64,000 nt of DNA from an uncultured Actinomycetes bacterium. Lineage in GTDB: Bacteria; Actinomycetota; Actinomycetes; Nanopelagicales; Nanopelagicaceae. A model generated the notes under the pieces. It saw nothing but the letters and a program-made list of their open reading frames with translations, made no database searches and was not told the DNA's origin. Below are positions 1 through 9,797 of the stretch, one piece after another. Each line of letters begins with the position of its first letter. The first letter of the stretch is position 1. The DNA lies in the NCBI GenBank assembly GCA_903838035.1, contig CAILWW010000096.1, positions 14,280-78,279 on the forward strand, in the 5' to 3' direction. Position numbers and translations under genes: made by a program.

Positions 1-352
1 CGTGACCATCAATTAACGGCAAACGCATCGAGAAAGATTGCGCCATACGAACCATGGCGTCATAAATCGCGCCATCACCGTGTGGGTGCAACTTACCCAT
101 AACTTCACCAACAACTCGAGCACACTTCACATGGCCCTTGTCAGGACGTAGGCCCATATCTGACATCTGATGAAGGATGCGACGCTGTACCGGCTTTAAA
201 CCATCGCGAGCATCGGGCAGTGCGCGGGAGTAGATAACGGAATATGCATACTCAAGGAATGACTCGGACATCTCTTGCGAGACATCGATATCAACAATTT
301 TTCCTGGGTTCTCACCTGGTTTTGGGAGAACGGCTTTGGGTGCTTTTGCCAT
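1..352 (-). CDS. DNA gyrase/topoisomerase IV subunit A, N-terminal part (runs off the window edge); probably the parC-like second copy
   Basis: Not in the ORF track. My translation from ATG at 352 gives [59 protein letters not shown]...[43 protein letters not shown], the canonical GyrA/ParC motifs. Confidence 0.93.
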   Translation of the reverse strand, partial: MAKAPKAVLPKPGENPGKIVDIDVSQEMSESFLEYAYSVIYSRALPDARDGLKPVQRRILHQMSDMGLRPDKGHVKCARVVGEVMGKLHPHGDGAIYDAMVRMAQSFSMRLPLIDGH

Positions 353-378
353 GGGGGCTATCTTGGCAGTGGAAGGAG

Positions 379-1272
379 CTAATCCTTGGGAGCGACAAGC
401 GGGCGCGAGCCGATATGTGCAACACAACGCCCGGCAAGTTCCGCACCGCGAGAAAGGGCCTCATGTAAATCTCCGCCCTCACTCCAGATTTGAATAAATC
501 CTGCGGCAAAGGCATCGCCGGCACCAGTTGTATCTATAACCGTGGTTGGGGCTGCTTCCACTTGAGTGACCGAACTTTCGCGAGTCGCGCCAAGGGCACC
601 AATCGCGCCACGTTTGATGACTACACATTGGGCAAATTGCAAAAGGTCTGCCGCGGCATCGACTGGATTTGATTGGCCGGAGAGGAAGTGAGCCTCTTCT
701 TCATTGAGCAAAATAAGATCCATGAGAGATAACCATTCACGAACTTTGCCAACGCCAACTTCGAGAAGCACGCCTACGGTGGAGGGGTCAAAGATAATCG
801 GCAACTTCTGTTCTTTTGCCATCTGAATAATTTCTAGAATCCCGGTTCTAGATAGCGGATTGACCAAGGAATAGCCGGATAGATAGATGGCATCAAAGCC
901 TTCCAGCGATGGCAGATCTGAGGGGCCGATACCTGCATTCGCACCAGAGTCAGGGAACATGGTGCGCTCGCCGAGGTCATCGACCAAGACAATAACAACT
1001 CCGGTACGAGCACCAGCTATGACCGAATGATTATGTTCAACCCCATATTGATCGAGCTCTTGAATGACGGTCTTGCCTGCGGCGTCATCGCCAACGCGGG
1101 CGACGAGAAAGGCTGGAGTTTGATTGACGGCAAGCCAACTTGCGACATTTGCCGCAGCGCCGCCGCCTTGGGTCGAAATCTTTGCCCGCATCTCGACGCC
1201 CGGTTGGATTTCTTTCCCGATGAGAGCAGTGACATCAAGCATGATGTCACCAATACAAAGAATGCGTGCCAT
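379..1272 (-). CDS. PfkB/ribokinase-family sugar kinase, likely pseudouridine kinase
   Basis: [20 protein letters not shown] and DTTGAGDAF PfkB signatures; directly downstream of psuG in the same orientation. Confidence 0.8.
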   Translation of the reverse strand: MARILCIGDIMLDVTALIGKEIQPGVEMRAKISTQGGGAAANVASWLAVNQTPAFLVARVGDDAAGKTVIQELDQYGVEHNHSVIAGARTGVVIVLVDDLGERTMFPDSGANAGIGPSDLPSLEGFDAIYLSGYSLVNPLSRTGILEIIQMAKEQKLPIIFDPSTVGVLLEVGVGKVREWLSLMDLILLNEEEAHFLSGQSNPVDAAADLLQFAQCVVIKRGAIGALGATRESSVTQVEAAPTTVIDTTGAGDAFAAGFIQIWSEGGDLHEALSRGAELAGRCVAHIGSRPLVAPKD

Positions 1273-1277
1273 AAATA

Positions 1278-2162
1278 TTAAAGAGCGAGTGCAATCTCAG
1301 TTGCAAGTGCGGTATTTGATTTAATGATATCGATGTTGACTCGCAAGGATTCACCTGAGCTCGAGGAATGGAAATGTTCGAGCAAGAAGGGAGTTACTGC
1401 TTTGCCAGTAATCTTCTTTGCATCTGCTGCGGCAAGTCCTGCCTGCAGAATCTGGTCATGCAGAATCGGATCCATCTCTTTTTCTACTGGATTAGTCACG
1501 ACGATGGCCCGATCATTTGTCCGAAGCTCAAATCGATTCTTCCAAATTTCGGCAATTTCTGTTGCGCTTTCAACGCGATGCTCGAGGGCAAAGCCGGAAT
1601 CAGTGAGATAGAAACCTGGGAAGCGGTTTGTCCTATATCCAAGGACAGGAATGGAATAAGTTTCTAAACGTTCTAGCGTGCCCGCAACATCCAAGATCGA
1701 CTTGACGCCTGCGCAGACGATGATGATTGGCAGTTCTGCAAGAGCGATTAAATCTGCTGATTCGTCATATACATGTCCGCGGTGAACGCCACCAAGACCG
1801 CCGGTAGCAAAGACTGAGATGCCAGCTAAATGTGCGATGTGTGAAGTCGCCGCAACGGTAGTAGCAGCAGATTGACCGGTCATCTCAATGATGGCCAAGT
1901 CACGGGTAGAGGCCTTTACAACGCTGTCGTCATTGGCGATTCGGTTGAGCTCATCTGGCTCCAGGCCAACATGAATATGACCATCAATCAAGGCGATAGT
2001 TGCAGGCACAGCGCCTTTCGAGCGGACTATCTCCTCAACTTCCAGAGCTACTTCCAGATTGCGCGGACGTGGAAGTCCATGGCTAATGATGGTGGACTCC
2101 AGTGCGACTATGGCGGTACCGGAGGCTTTGGCTGCTTCTACTTCGCGGGAAAATTTCATCAC
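1278..2162 (-). CDS. psuG: Pseudouridine-5'-phosphate glycosidase
   Basis: VALESTIISHG, ATTVAAT, FATGGLGGVHR, SADL, AGVKSILD and TPFLL motifs of the PsuG/IndA family. Confidence 0.93.
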   Translation of the reverse strand: MMKFSREVEAAKASGTAIVALESTIISHGLPRPRNLEVALEVEEIVRSKGAVPATIALIDGHIHVGLEPDELNRIANDDSVVKASTRDLAIIEMTGQSAATTVAATSHIAHLAGISVFATGGLGGVHRGHVYDESADLIALAELPIIIVCAGVKSILDVAGTLERLETYSIPVLGYRTNRFPGFYLTDSGFALEHRVESATEIAEIWKNRFELRTNDRAIVVTNPVEKEMDPILHDQILQAGLAAADAKKITGKAVTPFLLEHFHSSSSGESLRVNIDIIKSNTALATEIALAL

Positions 2163-2212
2163 TCTCCGAGATTACCTCACTTGCTCTGCTTGGAGTACGG
2201 CAAGATAGCGCC

Positions 2213-3337
2213 GTGAGCAATCCCATAAGTCCGCGATATGGATTTGGGCTAGCCGAATTATCTTCATCAATATTCGCCTCATTAGGTGTCAGTGGCGCAG
2301 AAGATTATTTAAACATTGGGCCGAGCCCCTTCGGTCGCGAATGTTTTGTACTTATCGATGGAATGGGCGCCGATGTCATAGCGAAATATGGCGAGCTCTT
2401 TCCTATCTTCTCAGAGCTAACATCTCTGTCAAACCTCGGCACTTATTTTCCTTCCACCACTGCAGTAAGCCTTTCATCAGTAGGCACTGGAGTACTTCCG
2501 GGCACGCATGGCATGTTGGGCTACACCGTTCGCGTTCCCCGAAGTGGCGAACCAGGTCGGTTGCTCAATTCACTGAAGTGGGATGAGCGGGTCGATCCAG
2601 TGATGTGGCAAAAAGTTCCAACTCTTTTTGAACGGGCGCAACATGTTGGCGTGCAGGTTTCGCACATTGCAGCTAAACGTTATGAGGGAACCGGCTTTAC
2701 GCAAGCAGCACTACGAGGCGCTAAATACTCAGGCGCTAATCAAATTTCAGAGATGTTGACCGAGGCGGCGATTGCCCACAGAAGTTCACCGAGCTACTCA
2801 TATGTATATATCAATCATCTTGATGCTGCAGGGCATGATGAAGGAGTCGGTTCGGCGAAATGGCTGGAGACTTTGAAAATAGTTGCCGAGCTCCTCGAAG
2901 GACTTCTCCTACGACTTCCTAAAGGCACCCGCCTCTGGGTGACGGCAGATCACGGCATGATCAATGTGGAAGAGAAGATTGTTTTGGGCCAAGCCAACCC
3001 TTTGCTAGAAGGAGTTTCCTTGGTCGGGGGAGAGCCCCGGGCCAGACATATTTATCTTCGCGAAGGTTCCGAGCTTGATGCTCTAAAAACCTGGCGCGAT
3101 TTTCTGGGGGAGAGGGCTGATGTCTTTCTCCGCGATCAAATTATTAGCGAAGGATATTTCGGGCTCGATGTTTCGATAGATAGCCGCGAGCGCATGGGTG
3201 ATTTAATTGCAATTGCTAAAGGCGGAGTAATTTTGATTGATCCCGAACGGATTAAGCAAGAGAGTTCCATGGTCGGCCACCATGGCGGGCTAGATCCGGC
3301 CGAACAACAAATACCGTTACTTACTATAAATCTTTAG
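2213..3337 (+). CDS. Alkaline phosphatase superfamily protein (nucleotide pyrophosphatase/phosphodiesterase type)
   Basis: LIDGMG, FPSTT (Thr nucleophile), LDAAGH, TADHG and GHHGG metal-ligand motifs. Start moved from 2102 to GTG 2213 to avoid overlap with psuG. Confidence 0.85.
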   Translation: MSNPISPRYGFGLAELSSSIFASLGVSGAEDYLNIGPSPFGRECFVLIDGMGADVIAKYGELFPIFSELTSLSNLGTYFPSTTAVSLSSVGTGVLPGTHGMLGYTVRVPRSGEPGRLLNSLKWDERVDPVMWQKVPTLFERAQHVGVQVSHIAAKRYEGTGFTQAALRGAKYSGANQISEMLTEAAIAHRSSPSYSYVYINHLDAAGHDEGVGSAKWLETLKIVAELLEGLLLRLPKGTRLWVTADHGMINVEEKIVLGQANPLLEGVSLVGGEPRARHIYLREGSELDALKTWRDFLGERADVFLRDQIISEGYFGLDVSIDSRERMGDLIAIAKGGVILIDPERIKQESSMVGHHGGLDPAEQQIPLLTINL

Positions 3338-4247
3338 GATCTTTTGGGGTACTGCCAAACATAATTTCATCCCATGATGGAATCTTTGGACGAGAGCTAA
3401 CGCCATCGCGCTTGGCCTGTTCTATATCCTCGGCCAACTCATCATCTTCTGGAAAATCTTCTTCGAGTTCATCGATGTCTGTGCTGTCTTCAACTTCTTG
3501 AATATCTTCTTCAATCACTTCAATACGTTGAACGCTGGTAAGGGTGACGGTGCGCTCTTCTTGAATATCTTCTTTTACTGCCACCAACCTTGGCACAGGA
3601 GGATTCTCATGGTTATAGACAATTCCATGAGTAAGGGCGGTGCGATTTTGGCGAGGGTCGCGATCTTCGCCACCAATCCACTTCGCCGAATCATCTTCTG
3701 AAAGCAGCACTCCACGAGTTGCATCAAAATTCCATTGTGCTGTGTTGAGCCCATCGCGCGATGGATAGTGAAGGATTACCGTCCACTGTCCATCAGAACT
3801 TCTATGTGTATTCCATTCCACCTGCTCGAGATCTACGCCATGGGCACCAAGCGTCTCTGACATCGCCTCTTCCAAAATCTTCGCGCCCGCCTCGCGCTTG
3901 AGCGGAGTTTTTAGAGCTTGCGAAATTATGTATGCGCGCTCTTGCAGGATTGGTCCAGCAAATTTTTCAATCTTCTCCATCGGCCACTCAGTTGTGCGAG
4001 AGATGGAATCCATAGATTCGCCGGCGCGAAGTCGCGCTTGGATATCTTTAACGGAAATAGTGGGGCGGTCATCGATTGGCGCGACCGAACTCAAACGAGG
4101 TTGATTGACGGTGGCGCGCAACGTATCGCCAATTCGAATTGAATACTTGCTTCCCAAAGTATCGGTGAGTTCGAGGTGCTGACCATCTTCGCTGCGGCCA
4201 ACGAGTCGCAAATCGGTGGTCTTGCCTTGGTCTTCGTGCTCACTCAT
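3324..4247 (-). CDS. sepH: Septation protein SepH (DUF3071)
   Basis: N-terminal DLRLVGRSEDG...IQARLRAGES...KFAGPILQER helix-turn-helix, acidic linker and C-terminal PSWDEIMFG motif typical of actinobacterial SepH. Confidence 0.88.
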   Translation of the reverse strand: MSEHEDQGKTTDLRLVGRSEDGQHLELTDTLGSKYSIRIGDTLRATVNQPRLSSVAPIDDRPTISVKDIQARLRAGESMDSISRTTEWPMEKIEKFAGPILQERAYIISQALKTPLKREAGAKILEEAMSETLGAHGVDLEQVEWNTHRSSDGQWTVILHYPSRDGLNTAQWNFDATRGVLLSEDDSAKWIGGEDRDPRQNRTALTHGIVYNHENPPVPRLVAVKEDIQEERTVTLTSVQRIEVIEEDIQEVEDSTDIDELEEDFPEDDELAEDIEQAKRDGVSSRPKIPSWDEIMFGSTPKDPKDL

Positions 4248-4309
4248 GGGGAAAGAGTGCCACAGGGTGGGTGATTTTTGCGGTAACCCAAAGCGAGTAG
4301 ATTAGGAAT

Positions 4310-5068
4310 ATGAAGGAATTTGAGCAGCTCCGCCAATTGGCAGTTGAAATTGCCCAAGCCGCTGGTGCGCTCCTGGCAGAACGACCTGATGTTTTCGATA
4401 TCAATCAGAAATCTTCAGCAGTGGACTTTGCCACGCAAATGGATATCGCCGCCGAGAAATTAATCGTTGACCGCATTCTCACCGCGCGCCCCAACGATGG
4501 AATCATCGGCGAAGAGGGAAGCGAAAGAGCTTCCACTTCGGGCATAACCTGGGTCATCGACCCACTCGATGGAACTGTTAATTATTTCTATGGCATTCCG
4601 GGATGGAATGTGAGCATTGCTGCAAAAAATTCCGAAGGTGTAGTTGCCGGAGCGGTCTATTCCCCAACGACTCAATCGCTGTGGAGCGCCAGCTTGGGCG
4701 GCGGTGCAACATTTAACGGCAAAAAAATCGCCTGCAACGATCCCGTCGCTTTAGATCGGGCGATGTTGGCAACTGGCTTCTCCTACGACCTTGAAGAGAG
4801 AAAGTCGCAAGGAGCCATGGTCGCCTCACTGCTGCCACGGGTGCGAGATTTCCGCCGAAATGGCGCGGCGGCGGTCGACCTTTGCTATGTGGCAATGGGC
4901 GCGCTGGATGGATATTTTGAGGCTGGACTTAAAGAGTGGGATTTGGCCGCCGGTGGGCTAATTGCCCAAGAGGCGGGGGCTATCGTCTCGGGCGGCCCAA
5001 GCTCAGGCCAGCCGGTTATTGCTGCTGGCCCTGCCCTCCATGCGGTACTTTCCCGTGAGATCCTGTGA
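4310..5068 (+). CDS. suhB: Inositol monophosphatase family protein
   Basis: GEEG, WVIDPLDGTVNY and WDLAAG motifs. Confidence 0.88.
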   Translation: MKEFEQLRQLAVEIAQAAGALLAERPDVFDINQKSSAVDFATQMDIAAEKLIVDRILTARPNDGIIGEEGSERASTSGITWVIDPLDGTVNYFYGIPGWNVSIAAKNSEGVVAGAVYSPTTQSLWSASLGGGATFNGKKIACNDPVALDRAMLATGFSYDLEERKSQGAMVASLLPRVRDFRRNGAAAVDLCYVAMGALDGYFEAGLKEWDLAAGGLIAQEAGAIVSGGPSSGQPVIAAGPALHAVLSREIL

Positions 5069-5177
5069 GATTCCGAGGGATTGAGCGGATTGGCTAGCGC
5101 CACCCCCTCTGTGGCAAGATACAGCCTCTCGCTAGAGAAAATATTTAGCTCGTTACCGTATTGAAAAGGACCCTCAC

Positions 5178-5678
5178 ATGAACGTGTTAGACGCAGTAGA
5201 TGCTGCCTCACTTCGCTCCGATGTAATCAACTTCCGTTCCGGAGACGAAATCAAGATTCACGTTCGCGTTATCGAAGGTAACAAGAGCCGTATCCAGGTC
5301 TTCCAAGGAATCGTCATTCGTCGCCAGGGTTCAGGCGTCCGTGAGACTTTCACTATTCGCAAGCTCTCCTACGGCGTCGGCGTAGAACGTACCTTCCCAG
5401 TACACACACCAGTCATCGAGAAGTACGAAATGGTCCGTCGCGGAGATGTTCGCCGAGCAAAGCTTTACTACCTACGCGATCTTCGCGGTAAGGCATCAAA
5501 GATTAAAGAGCGTCGCGGAGCTAACAACGAATTCATCGTTGAGGATGTTCCAGTCGCCAAGGCAGCGCCCGTGGTTGAGGCTCCAGTAGCTGAAACTCCA
5601 GTTGTTGAAGTGGAGACTCCAGTAGTCGCCGAAGCTGCAGCAGAGGTTGCAGTCGAAGAAACAACTCCAGAAGCTTAA
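5178..5678 (+). CDS. rplS: 50S ribosomal protein L19 with an acidic low-complexity C-terminal tail
   Basis: FRSGD..VHVRVIEG..RIQVFQG...[18 protein letters not shown]...[12 protein letters not shown]; SD AAGGA upstream. Confidence 0.97.
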   Translation: MNVLDAVDAASLRSDVINFRSGDEIKIHVRVIEGNKSRIQVFQGIVIRRQGSGVRETFTIRKLSYGVGVERTFPVHTPVIEKYEMVRRGDVRRAKLYYLRDLRGKASKIKERRGANNEFIVEDVPVAKAAPVVEAPVAETPVVEVETPVVAEAAAEVAVEETTPEA

Positions 5679-5689
5679 GTCTGCCGCAG

Positions 5690-6388
5690 GTGCGCTTTAA
5701 TAATTTGCGCCTTCCGAAAAAGGGTTCTCTTGCCAGAGAAATTCCAATCATCGTTATTGCCGCGCTCGTGGTTTCGGTCATCGTAAAAACTTTCTTTGTT
5801 CACTTCTTCTACATTCCATCTGGCTCGATGGAGAACACGCTCCAAGTCGGAGATCGCATCGCGGTTAATAAGTTCGCTAATTTCTTTAGCGATATCAAGC
5901 GTGGCGAAGTTGTGGTATTTCGTGATCCCGCCAATTGGCTTGGTGCAGCTCCAACAGATACTTCAAAGGGGATTGTTGAAGCACTCAAAACCGGTTTAGT
6001 CGATGTCGGCGTACTCCCAGATCCAGCTAAGCAATATCTAATTAAGCGAACCATTGGCGTCGGCGGAGATCACATCATCTGCTGCGACAAGCAAGGTCGC
6101 CTCACAGTCAATGGCATCTCGGTCAATGAACCATATATTTTCGCCGGAAATAAACCGAGTGATTCAAATTTTAGCGTCACGGTTCCCAAGGGCTATATCT
6201 GGGTAATGGGTGACCATCGCGGCGCCAGTGCTGACTCGCGTTTTCACACCGATGATATTCATAAAGGATTTGTCCCACTCAGTGACGTCGTTGGTCGGGC
6301 AGAGTTTGTTGTTTGGCCCTTCAACCATATGAAATTTTTGAGCGTTGGACACGATCTATCGAAAGTAAAAGTTACCTCAACGAATTAA
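5690..6388 (+). CDS. lepB: Signal peptidase I
   Basis: Single TM segment, IPSGSMENTL (catalytic Ser), LIKR (catalytic Lys), MGDHR..SADSR; conserved rplS-lepB-rnhB order. Confidence 0.95.
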   Translation: MRFNNLRLPKKGSLAREIPIIVIAALVVSVIVKTFFVHFFYIPSGSMENTLQVGDRIAVNKFANFFSDIKRGEVVVFRDPANWLGAAPTDTSKGIVEALKTGLVDVGVLPDPAKQYLIKRTIGVGGDHIICCDKQGRLTVNGISVNEPYIFAGNKPSDSNFSVTVPKGYIWVMGDHRGASADSRFHTDDIHKGFVPLSDVVGRAEFVVWPFNHMKFLSVGHDLSKVKVTSTN

Positions 6389-7006
6389 ATGGCCTTTATT
6401 GAAGAGAGCCTTCGCGATTCAGGAATAACTCGCGTTGCCGGTGTAGATGAGGCAGGACGTGGCCCATGTGCCGGCCCGCTAGTAATTGCTGCAGTAATCC
6501 TGAAAGACTTCAACTCACCAAACCTTACAAGAGTTCGCGATTCCAAAGCGCTCTCGGAAAAGATTCGGGAATCGCTCTTTGATGTAATTAAGTCCGAAGC
6601 ACTTTCTTTTTCAATTATTGAAATTTCGGTGGCCGAGATTGATCAGTATGGGCTACATAAATCCAATATCGAAGGTATGCGAAGGGCGATCAGTGCGCTT
6701 GAGCTGACTCCCGAGTATGTACTGACCGATGGATACCCCATTCCAGGGCTGGCCTTACCGAACCTTGCGGTCTGGAAAGGCGATCAGGTTGCAATGTGTA
6801 TTAGCGCGGCTTCCATCTTGGCCAAGGTCTATCGGGATCGAAAGATGTGCGAATTAGATGTCTTGCACCCGGAGTATGGGTTGGCATCACATAAGGGTTA
6901 TATCAGCGCCGGTCATACCGAAGCAATTAAGCGTTACGGGGTCAGAGATTTCCACAGAAAATCCTTTTCCAATATTCAAGAGCACCTGCGAAATGAGAGT
7001 AAGTAA
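6389..7006 (+). CDS. rnhB: Ribonuclease HII
   Basis: GVDEAGRGP, DSK, KGD...ISAASILAKV.RD, HKGY and HRKSF motifs. Confidence 0.95.
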   Translation: MAFIEESLRDSGITRVAGVDEAGRGPCAGPLVIAAVILKDFNSPNLTRVRDSKALSEKIRESLFDVIKSEALSFSIIEISVAEIDQYGLHKSNIEGMRRAISALELTPEYVLTDGYPIPGLALPNLAVWKGDQVAMCISAASILAKVYRDRKMCELDVLHPEYGLASHKGYISAGHTEAIKRYGVRDFHRKSFSNIQEHLRNESK

Positions 7007-7027
7007 TCTGATTTACATTCCCGAGCT

Positions 7028-7384
7028 ATGGGAAAGAATCAGGAATCTGGGGCGCGCGGTGAAGAACGTGCAGCAACTTATTTACTAAGTCAAGGATATG
7101 TAATTCTCGACCGCAATTGGCGCGTTGCCGGCGGTGAGATTGATATCGTCGCACAAGAGAGTGACGGCAGAGTCGTTTTTGTTGAAGTTAAAGCGCGGCG
7201 TGACCAAAGCTATGGACATCCGCTAGAAGCTATTACACATCAAAAGGCGCAGCGCCTTCGAAAGTTAGCACTCACCTGGCTAATCTCACATAATTCTTGG
7301 AGCTCTCCCTTTCGTATCGACGCCGTAGCAATAATCGGAACTGGTGAAGAATTTTCGCTCGATCATCGCAAGGCAATTGCATAA
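7028..7384 (+). CDS. YraN-family putative endonuclease
   Basis: G..GE..A..YL, RNWR...GEIDIVA, FVEVKAR and RID motifs; conserved position before comM. Confidence 0.9.
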   Translation: MGKNQESGARGEERAATYLLSQGYVILDRNWRVAGGEIDIVAQESDGRVVFVEVKARRDQSYGHPLEAITHQKAQRLRKLALTWLISHNSWSSPFRIDAVAIIGTGEEFSLDHRKAIA

Positions 7385-8910
7385 TGACGCTGGCAAAGGT
7401 GCAGACGATTTCTTTGAATGGACTGTCCGGTCATCTGGTCGATGTAGAAGTAGATATTTCCGATGGCCTGCCCGGTTACACGCTGCTCGGCCTGCCAGAT
7501 GCTGCGCTCTCTGAATCTCGAGAACGCGTTCGCTCGGCTCTAGTTAACAGCGGGGCGCCATGGCCAAATCGCAAAGTGACGGTCTCGCTCTCTCCGGCTT
7601 GGCTTCCCAAAAGTGGATCTGGATATGACTTGCCTATTGCGATGGCCTTATTAATAGCGCAAGCAATAGTCGAGGTAAGTTGTATTGAAAGCTCCATATT
7701 TCTTGGCGAGCTCGGACTCGATGGACAGATCCGCGGTGTTCGCGGCGCCCTGCCTTCGATTATCTCGGCACAGCAGCGCGGCGTGAAGCAGGCAATTATC
7801 TCGTTTGAAAATTATCTTGAATGCCAAGCTATTCCAGGAATCGAACTCATCGCTTTTGCAGATTTAAGAGAACTTCTTAACTTTTTTCAGAACGGCCAAC
7901 TGCCAATTCGAGAAGTGAATTCAAAAGTGGAGATCGAGAATGAAGCCACCAAAGATCTGACTGATGTGGCGGGACAAGACCTGCCGAGGAGAGCGTTGGA
8001 GATTGCCGCCGTCGGTGCACACCACCTTCTTTTACTTGGTCCACCAGGTGCGGGTAAGACCATGTTGGCAGAACGCTTGCCCGGGATACTTCCGGAATTA
8101 ACGATTGAGCAAGCCCTTGAGGTCGCCTCTATTGCATCTCTTAGCGGCACCAATAGTGCACGCATGGCGCTCGATCGACGCCCGCCATTTATCTCGCCAC
8201 ATCATTCAACAACAGCAACGGCGATGATTGGTGGTGGCACACATTTCATACGACCTGGTGCATGTTCACAAGCAAATCTGGGAGTTCTCTTTATTGATGA
8301 GGCCCCAGAATGCAGCAACGGCGTGCTTGCTTCGCTCCGCCAACCTCTGGAATCAGGAGTCGCAACAATTTCGCGGGCAGTAGGAACTCTTACTTATCCA
8401 GCTAAGTTCTTGCTTGTACTCGCAGCCAATCCTTGTCCATGTGGAAAGTACAGTGGAAAGGGCAGGGGATGTATGTGTAGTTCCCTCGCTATCAGGCGTT
8501 ACGTTCAGAAAATTTCCGGGCCACTCTTGGACAGAATCGATATCCGAATCTTTGTGGAACCACCTACTCGAGTGGAGATGTCTGCCGCGGAGTTAGGCGA
8601 ATCAAGTGCAGTTGTTCGCACTCGAGTTGCCAGCGCGCGAGCGGCGGCACGGGAGCGATTTCGCGAATTTCCATGGGAGCTAAATTCACATATTCCAGCT
8701 AGCCAATTGCGAAAGCGATTTTCTGCGCAAAAACCAGCCATGCAGCTGCTGCATCAAGAGCTTGATGCAGAACGTCTAAGCGCTCGTGGGCTCCACAAAA
8801 CTCTACGGGTGGCATGGAGCATTGCCGATTTAATAGGCGCAACCATTCCCACATTGGAATGTGTGGAGGAGGCTTATCGCCTTCGTGCCGGAACCAGCGA
8901 GATCCTATGA
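7384..8910 (+). CDS. comM: YifB/ComM AAA+ ATPase (Mg-chelatase related)
   Basis: GLPDAALSESRERVR, GPPGAGKT Walker A, PHHS, LRQPLE, NPCPCG zinc site and SGPLLDRID. Confidence 0.92.
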   Translation: MTLAKVQTISLNGLSGHLVDVEVDISDGLPGYTLLGLPDAALSESRERVRSALVNSGAPWPNRKVTVSLSPAWLPKSGSGYDLPIAMALLIAQAIVEVSCIESSIFLGELGLDGQIRGVRGALPSIISAQQRGVKQAIISFENYLECQAIPGIELIAFADLRELLNFFQNGQLPIREVNSKVEIENEATKDLTDVAGQDLPRRALEIAAVGAHHLLLLGPPGAGKTMLAERLPGILPELTIEQALEVASIASLSGTNSARMALDRRPPFISPHHSTTATAMIGGGTHFIRPGACSQANLGVLFIDEAPECSNGVLASLRQPLESGVATISRAVGTLTYPAKFLLVLAANPCPCGKYSGKGRGCMCSSLAIRRYVQKISGPLLDRIDIRIFVEPPTRVEMSAAELGESSAVVRTRVASARAAARERFREFPWELNSHIPASQLRKRFSAQKPAMQLLHQELDAERLSARGLHKTLRVAWSIADLIGATIPTLECVEEAYRLRAGTSEIL

Positions 8911-9776
8911 AGGAACCGTCAGCACGTCTCGCCCTCTTTTCCGCCATTGAGGGAGGCTCGCAATTTTGGAGCAATGAGATATCTGAACATGGTTGCTTGA
9001 TGGTCTACTCCAAATTAATTAACCGTCAATACAAGGCGAAGGAACTCTCGGCTGAGCGAATTGCAGAGCGTCTGGAAAGTTTCGATGAGAGTCGAGCGCT
9101 CGAGGAGATAGCAAAGTCAGATGGATTTCTTTTAATGCCAGAGTATGAAGATTGGCCAAATCGATTAGCAGACTTGGCCGCTCCACCAATTGCGTTGATC
9201 GCGACCGGCGTACGCGAACACCTAGAAGTTCTTGCTGACTCCATCTCCATCGTAGGTACCAGAAACCCAACGCCATATGGAATAAGGGTTGCATCCGAGA
9301 TGGCAACTGCTTGCGCAGATAGAGAGTGGGCGGTAGTCAGTGGCGGTGCCTACGGAATTGATAGCGCGGCACATAAGGGAGCCCTTGCTGGTGAAGGTGT
9401 AACCGTCGCGGTACTTGCCAGCGGACTATTGCAAAATTATCCTGCAGGTAACGCTCGCCTCTTTCAAGAGATTAAAGAGAGTGGCTTACTGCTATCTGAA
9501 GTCATGCCTAATGTAAGCGCCGTTCCTCATAGATTCCTCACACGCAACCGTTTGATTGCTGCGCTCTCCCGAGGCACAGTGGTTGTAGAAGCCGCATTTC
9601 GAAGTGGCTCCCTGCGAACGGCGAGAGATGCAGCCGAGATATTTCGACCGGTCATGGCGATTCCTGGAGCGATCACTTCACCAGCCAGCGAAGGATGCCA
9701 TCGCCTGATCAACGAGCGATGCGCCGAGTTGGTCACCTCCATCTCAGATATTCTGGAATTGGTAACTCCACTTTAG
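8907..9776 (+). CDS. dprA: DNA-processing protein DprA
   Basis: IVGTRNPT.YG, VSGGAYGIDSAAH, FLTRNRLIA, VVEA..RSGSL.TA. Start set at ATG 8907, which overlaps the comM stop (ATGA). Confidence 0.92.
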   Translation: MKEPSARLALFSAIEGGSQFWSNEISEHGCLMVYSKLINRQYKAKELSAERIAERLESFDESRALEEIAKSDGFLLMPEYEDWPNRLADLAAPPIALIATGVREHLEVLADSISIVGTRNPTPYGIRVASEMATACADREWAVVSGGAYGIDSAAHKGALAGEGVTVAVLASGLLQNYPAGNARLFQEIKESGLLLSEVMPNVSAVPHRFLTRNRLIAALSRGTVVVEAAFRSGSLRTARDAAEIFRPVMAIPGAITSPASEGCHRLINERCAELVTSISDILELVTPL

Positions 9777-9797
9777 ATTGAGTGAGAGAATTGCGTC

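Noticed and set aside
244-524. Short ORFs 244..468 (+) and 312..524 (-)
   Set aside because: They overlap the topoisomerase A start and the PfkB kinase end in other frames and have no protein motifs.
5069-5177. Possible autoregulatory L19 leader upstream of rplS
   Set aside because: Only a small CTCT/AGAG stem is visible, with no consensus I can recognise.
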